From positions 1,984,001-2,048,000 of the forward strand of contig JBHGNT010000017.1 of the NCBI GenBank assembly GCA_043228905.1: a stretch of 64,000 nucleotides of DNA, in the 5' to 3' direction. Position numbers and translations under genes: made by a program. The notes below the pieces were generated by a model, which saw only the letters and a list, made by a program, of their open reading frames with translations, made no database searches and was not told where the DNA came from. This document shows, in pieces, positions 57,880 to 64,000 of the stretch. This DNA comes from Azolla caroliniana. Taxonomy: Eukaryota > Plantae > Polypodiophyta. Numbering within the stretch: position 1 is the first letter of the stretch; every line of letters begins with the position of its first letter.

Positions 57880-58461
57880 ACAGAGGTGGAGACGATGAAT
57901 CAAACAAAAGAATTATTTCATGCTCTACGAGTAACCATTAAGTGGTGTAGGTTTTCACATAGGCTTGAAGTGGGATTTGATATCATCGAGAATTCTCGCG
58001 TTTGTGATCATGTTGGGCTCAAGTTCGGGTTCGGGTTCGGGTTTCGATTCCAGTTCCGTGTCCATCAAGAAACCCTAAACCCTAGCCCTCAGAGTAAGGT
58101 ATGTTTGTGGAGAAAAATTTAGAATTCCATGTAGTAGAGGTCAACATACTACCAAACTACTCCTTCAGGGTCCACCTCCATGAGCCCACTATTGGTTTTT
58201 GGTTTTCACGCACCTTCGCCAACCCAATCCACCTCCACAACCCCACTATAGGACAATGTTCCATCTGCCTAAATGAGGCTACGTTGGGCCAAGGTCCTTA
58301 TCACCTCCGCAGGACCAGTAGAAGACAAGGTTTTATTCGCTTCAAATTAAGAACTCCCTATGGATAACACGATGATCAAAGTTATGTGTGTGGTGAGGAG
58401 TTCCAATCTATTGGTTAATTTCAAAATGTTGAGGGTTTCGAATCAATGTGTTCCAAATTTC

Positions 58462-58755
58462 TGGATATCACTCAAGCATGTAAACACGTGCATTATCTCA
58501 ACGCTCTTACATGACACTTCGATCAAGAGAGTCGACTTTTGTCCATCAAATGTCAATTATCTTGGGTCCTAATAGCCTGTAGGTTATGGCGGCTCATGCC
58601 TTTAGTTTTTTGGATATCACTCAAGGATGCAAACACGTGCATTACCTCAATGCTCTTATGTGACACTTCGATCAAGAGAGTCGATTTTTTGTCCATGAAA
58701 GGGCAATTATCTTGGGTCCTAATAGCCTATAGGTTATGGTGGCTCGTGCCTTTAG
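58462..58755. repeat. ~149-bp tandem duplication
   Basis: TGGATATCACTCAAG...TTCGATCAAGAGAGTCGA...TTATCTTGGGTCCTAATAGCC starts at 58462 and at 58611. Confidence 0.75.
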
Positions 58756-59480
58756 TGCATCCACGAGTTCAAGCCTTCTCGAGTCCATTCATACAATCAT
58801 TTGTGTGGATGGTTTTGTTCAAGACATCTTTAAGATCATGTTTTTCCATATCATGCTTCTTGTTTGAGATCTAAGTATATTTTTGAATCCTTAGACTCGA
58901 GTGCAAATTTATCTTCAAGTTTTCAAAGCACGCTCAAGTTGCTTAAATTTGCATCTAAGCTTCAAGCTATCACTATCACACATACGCAATGGCCAAATTG
59001 AGCATGCAAATAAGTTGTTAAAGTGGCATCTTCATTTATTCATTGACTATTGTATTACTAATATTGGATCCTCACAATTGCCAACAAGATGATTGAGTTA
59101 GCCTATTGCATTCTAGAAAGTTTTCTTACAATGAGTCGGTACATTCCATCATCAAACATACTTCATTCTTTGCAAAAATAGATCATCATCCTCGTTGGAG
59201 GATGTTTAAGTTTCCAAAAGACTTGAAGTATCCTATTGTTGAGGATCACCTAATTCAACTCTGAGCACTTCAAATCAAGGTTTCTCATCATTTATGTGTC
59301 ACGCAATCCTCACTTTTGGGATCGTGTAGTAGTTACAATGTCATCTAAATACTATCAAGTAATGTGAATTATTAGATTATCCATGCCTTAGTGCATTCAT
59401 GATGCCTTGCATCTCCTCACGTAATCATCTTCACTTAGTGTTCCATGTCTCACTTTGGGGGCCTTATATTTTCCAACTCT
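58756..59480 (+). mobile_element. Very decayed Ty3/gypsy integrase remnant
   Basis: KLSLSHIRNGQIEHANKLLKWHLHLFIDY resembles the KLSTAYHPQTDGQTERVNQ..LR.FI.Y core. Confidence 0.5.
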
Positions 59481-59856
59481 ATTTCTCTCACCGTTTGGTT
59501 TGACTTGCTAATGTTCTACAACATGATTTTGAAGCTATTTTAAATATTATTGTTGTGCAGAAATAAGTCCATTGTTCGGTGGATTGGTTAGGTTTCACAC
59601 TAGGACTTGTTGAAAATATTGTTAATGTGTTCATTCTTGTCATTTGGTGTCATGAACACAACAGTTTTGGGAAGAGTTGAACTCATGACCATCTTAGATC
59701 AAGCACCAAAATAAGATATTTATAGAAAATGGTATATATCATTGTTGAACCTCACATTTCGATGTTATATGCTTGTAATACATGACACGAGGATCCTATG
59801 GTATATTGTTATATCATTCTAATATAAGATATACAAGGATTAATAGATAATATAAG

Positions 59857-61077
59857 ATGTCATGTGACAATAATGCTCATGATGTATTTAAGGGGGAAAC
59901 TAAATTTATTCTCTTTATATGGCTATTAGTGCATATGGCATTACCAATTGGTCATTCATTGAAAGGGAATGTAGCACCCAATCTTCGTCAATGTGGCTTT
60001 TGCCATGAAGCTCAGGAGACTACCAAGCATGTCCTCTGGTCTTGTCCCTTGGCTCAACAAGTATGGAATAAAGTCCTTTCGTTATTCTTATCAATCAATG
60101 TCGGTTGCCTATTTTCAAGGGGATCAACGATTTGGGGAGTGTTACATTCCAGCTTGATGTTGCATGAGGCTAACGATGCTCAGGAGGCAATGATGGTACA
60201 CAATAGAAGATTGATATTAGTTAGCCCCTTTCAGCAACCTCGAAAGCAGGTGCGATTTGTCTAGGTTTGGAAAACAATGAATATGGTAACGTTATGGGCA
60301 TAATTTATGGAAATGTCGATGTAATCGACTTTATGATGTGGCAAATCTTCGTCTACTCATATGGTTATGTTTTGGAAACAGTTTTGGTCTATTAAATGCA
60401 TGAATAAGATATTGCATTTTCGGTGGTTGATGATTCATTATGCATTGCCAATAGGTCATTTATTGAGGGGATCGGTGAGTAATCGGTCATGTATTATGTG
60501 TGGGTTTGTGGATGAGACATTGCATCATGCATTTTGGGAATGTGTTTCCACAAAAAGTTTTTGGTGTCGAATTCTTAGGCTTCTAGGCCGTAAGTATAAG
60601 TCTGCTATTTTTACGTGGGGTGTAGTCTTTTGGGGAATGTTGGATCAACAAAGGGCTTTTTATCATTATAATCATTCTTCATTGTCTTTATATGTAAGAA
60701 GTTTTCAGGTATATTCTACTTCAGGATCCTTGCAGGGAGTCAAGTTCTTCTCACGGAGCTATGTTTGGCAGATTGTCTCCTCGTTGTCTCTATGGGTTCT
60801 TTGGAAAGCTCGGTGCTCCAAGTTATACAATGATGAAGACATTCACGTTGTGGATCAGGTAAAGTCTTTTTGGAATTTATTAGTACATTCGGTTAAAGGT
60901 GAGTATGACAGGTATAAAGGCTATGGAAACACAGCCATTCGAAAAAGAAAGAGATTACGACGAGTTTGGTCAGCTATTCCTATAATGTTAGATGCAGGCA
61001 CGGAGGTTAGGTGGAATTATGTGCCACCTCGTTGGTTGTTCCCGCCACCAGTACCATTCTTATGGCGAACAACATGA
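59857..61077 (+). mobile_element. LINE (L1-like) 3' fragments: two consecutive zf-RVT-type segments
   Basis: FIWLLVHMALPIG..CGFC..ETTKHVLWSC..W and FRWLMIHYALPIG..CIMC..ETLHHAFWEC..W..LWVLWKARC. Confidence 0.7.
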
Positions 61078-61239
61078 GATAACAGGGAGGAGACGGTGGC
61101 GGCATGTATGAAGCCTATTTTAATGTAGGTAAGATATACATATGCTAGAAGAAGATATGAGGAAATGGGATGATGTTCTGGATGCTGAATCAGGCTAGTA
61201 AAAGAAGATTTTAGTGGTATGAGGCAGATTTCGTGTGAT

Positions 61240-62340
61240 AATCAGAGACATCGACATGGTGGATGTGGACAGGTTGAAATAGGTTTAAGTTGTTTTCTGA
61301 TTAGGATGACTGATGGTGGTGGGGGTTGTCGAAGATTACTAGGAGAAGGTGAGGATTTCTGTTTGTTTTCTACTCATTTGTTGGTTGTTAGTGTAACAGG
61401 ATTGTCGAATCGGAGATAGTGAGATGGTAGATAGGGACAGGACGAAGCCGTTTTTCTGTTTTTTGTGGTTAGGATGAGTGATGTTGGAGTGGGGGCTGAC
61501 GCAGATTATTATGAGAAGGCGAGGAATGATTTTCACTCATTTTTTGTTGTGATTACAGGGCCGCGTTAATCGGTGAGATGGAATAGGGGAAGCAAGATAC
61601 CCTAGATATGGGTTGACTTAAGACAGATATTATGGTTCTCATAGGTTGCGGGATGATGGCAGTGGGATTTGAAGCAACTTTGTCATGGTGTGAGGATGAG
61701 TGGTGTTGGTGCGAGGGCTGAAGCAGATCAGGAGGGGAGAGGAATCATTGTTCACTTATTTTGTTGTTAATTACACAAGATATTGGCGGTACTCGGCGAG
61801 ATGGTGGATGTGGATTGATTGAAGCAATTTGTTTGTTTTTAGGAGTGATGATGGTGGGGGGGACAGAAGCAAATCATGAGGGGATGAGGAACCATTATTC
61901 ACTTGTTTTTGTTGTTTTTGTATAGGTCAGAGGTGGTATTCGGCGACATGGTGGATGTGGTTTGACTGAAGCAATTTCTCTGTTTTTAGGAGTGACGATG
62001 GTGTGGGGGAACGAAGCAAATCATGAGGGAATGAGGAACAATTTCTCATTTTTGTTGATTCATTGCACAGGACATTGGTGCTATTCGGCGAGATGGTGGA
62101 TGTGGACTAAAGGAAGCAATGTGTCTGTTTTAGGAGTGATGATGGTGGGGGGGATCGAAGCAGCTCATGAGGGGATGAGGAATTTTTTATTTATTTTGTT
62201 GTTAATTCCACAGGACATTGGTGGCATTCGGCGAGATGGTGGAGGTGGATTGAATGAAGCAATTTGGTTGTTTTTAGGAGTGATGTTGGTGAGGGGGCCT
62301 AAGCACATCATGAAGGGAGAGTGAATAAGTTGTGGGGATC
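61240..62340. repeat. Degenerate G/T-rich tandem repeat, ~145-bp period
   Basis: ATGGTGGATGTGG...GAAGCAAT...TTTAGGAGTGATG recurs at about 61800, 61948, 62092 and 62236, with weaker copies upstream. Confidence 0.75.
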
Positions 62341-63589
62341 GAAGCAAATGGGGTGAGAGGTGGAATTAGTATAGTACATTTCATTTTCATGGTCTGTTTT
62401 TTTCTCCCCAACAGTTTTTACAAATGTTGGAATCACTTCAGATCTGTTTGCAACTGTTTCTGTTGGGATGGTGAATCTTCTTACAGAGACGGAAATCTTC
62501 TTACACCTGACACATATGATTGGAAAGACGGAGGACATGGAATCTGCAGCAGATCACTGGAATCAATGTTGTGTTTTATGGCTGTTTTTTTTCCCAACAG
62601 TTTTTACAAATACTAGAATCATTTCAGATATACTGGTGGAGATGAAACAATATTATGTACTATTTGTATACTGCCTCCGGGCTTTTTATTAATACCAATG
62701 GAGCATATGTTTTATGGTAAAATCTTCGTCTCTCAAATGTCCTGCTTGATATATGGAAGAACTTGCGGGCAGTAGTTCGTGGCCAATATGACAATATGCA
62801 TGGTTCCCCAGAGACTATGAACAAGAGAAGGAAGAAGCTTCTTCACTAATGGAAAAAGTTGCCCCTGTTTACTGAGTCAACTCAAGGGCCTCAATGGCAC
62901 TATCAACTTCCATGGAGCCCTTATTGAATATCAGTAAATCATGGTAATGTACATCAACAAATTCCAACACCTTCTACAAAGTCCTATCTTTGGTCTTAGG
63001 ATTATTGTACATCATTGTACATAAAAAGTTGTAAGCTTCTGGGTAGACAAGTTCAATTTGTAGCCTTCAGGCGTTTTTTTCTTAATACTATTGAAGAAAA
63101 TCTTTGAAGAAAAAAAAAATGCTCATGATGTACACTTGTATATCACGGGTATCACCTCACCATTTTCAATGCATATATACATATACATATACACATACAT
63201 GAATTCTCGATTTTTTCCTACACGGTATCAAAGCCCTAAACCCTCTTCTCTCTATAAGAGGGTATCCATCTAAATGTCGTTTTCTCTTCATTACCTCATC
63301 TCTTCGACATTGTGCCAATGTTGTGAAGTTACATGCATGTGTGTGAAATGTGAGTGAAACCTTGGGGGAACCAAACCATGGAAGATGGATTGATCCTAGT
63401 GGAGAATTGTAAATAAATAGCGTTCCACTTTATACGTCCTAGAACACTATTATTTTCTTCCCATGTCGAGAATGCTAGTTGTATGGGGTGAGAATCTAAT
63501 AGATTGTTACTAGAGCCTTCACCAGCTCCTCACTTGAGTGCCTTTGTTTAGATATTTGTTTATCGGTGTAACATGAAGAGTGTAAATAG

Positions 63590-64000
63590 AGATGGGTGTA
63601 TCTAGGTTTGATTTTGAGTAATATGATATGTATTTGCATATTTGTGATGTTCGTGTTTGTGTGAGTGTATGTATGGTACATATATATCGTGATTGTATAT
63701 GTATATGCATGTGTGTGTATGGAAAGGATCGTATGCACAAGCATATGAGCATGTGAGTCTATATGTACATAAGTGTGTACATCTCTATATTGTGTACAAG
63801 TGGTGTGTGTGTGTGTGTGTTGGTTTAAGAGTGTAAGTGTTTGTGTAGGTATGTAAATGTATTTGAATGTGAATGAGTATGCGTATGTATGATTATGTAT
63901 ATGTTCATGTTTATATACATAATCATACACACACATATGTATGTATGTATGTCTTCATATGTACTAAGTCTATATTTATGACTGTGTATGTATTCTTGTT
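63590..64000. repeat. TG/TA low-complexity tract
   Basis: Degenerate (TG)n, (TATG)n and (TA)n runs. Confidence 0.8.

Noticed and set aside
60361-61077. 238-aa ORF as a host gene
   Set aside because: It carries LINE zf-RVT and C-terminal motifs and has a decayed tandem partner, so a retroelement fragment is the simpler explanation.

Overview
This is a eukaryotic, plant-type genomic window, probably from a non-seed plant (inferred from the retroelement lineages; the species cannot be determined). Bases 1-44.3 kb are a nest of LTR retrotransposons that can be largely unpicked from LTR termini, PBS/PPT and target-site duplications (TSDs). The nest contains a Tcn1/Tf1-like Ty3/gypsy element, four Ty1/copia elements or remnants, and six insertions of one Ty3/gypsy clade with TGTCGT...CGACA termini and a tRNA-Trp PBS (autonomous-type, gag-only and solo-LTR copies). 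Bases 44.3-64 kb hold a convergent U2 (internally deleted) and U1 snRNA gene pair, two intact spliced minus-strand genes (a TrmJ-like SPOUT methyltransferase and a YqgF/RuvX-like nuclease), a MITE, and LINE/gypsy remnants. The most notable observations are: (1) the TGTCGT clade inserts with 4-bp CpG-centred TSDs, mostly ACGT; (2) it has a conserved -1 frameshift signal between a D-H-G protease and RT; (3) both snRNA promoters have a 22-nt USE-TATA spacer, which is Pol III-like by angiosperm rules; (4) two unrelated LTRs carry identically spaced tRNA-like A/B-box cassettes antisense in U3; (5) the Tcn1-like LTR has a self-priming signature and a perfect heat-shock element; (6) a gypsy LTR and a copia LTR share a U3 module. 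All calls come from reading the sequence by eye; no database searches were run.
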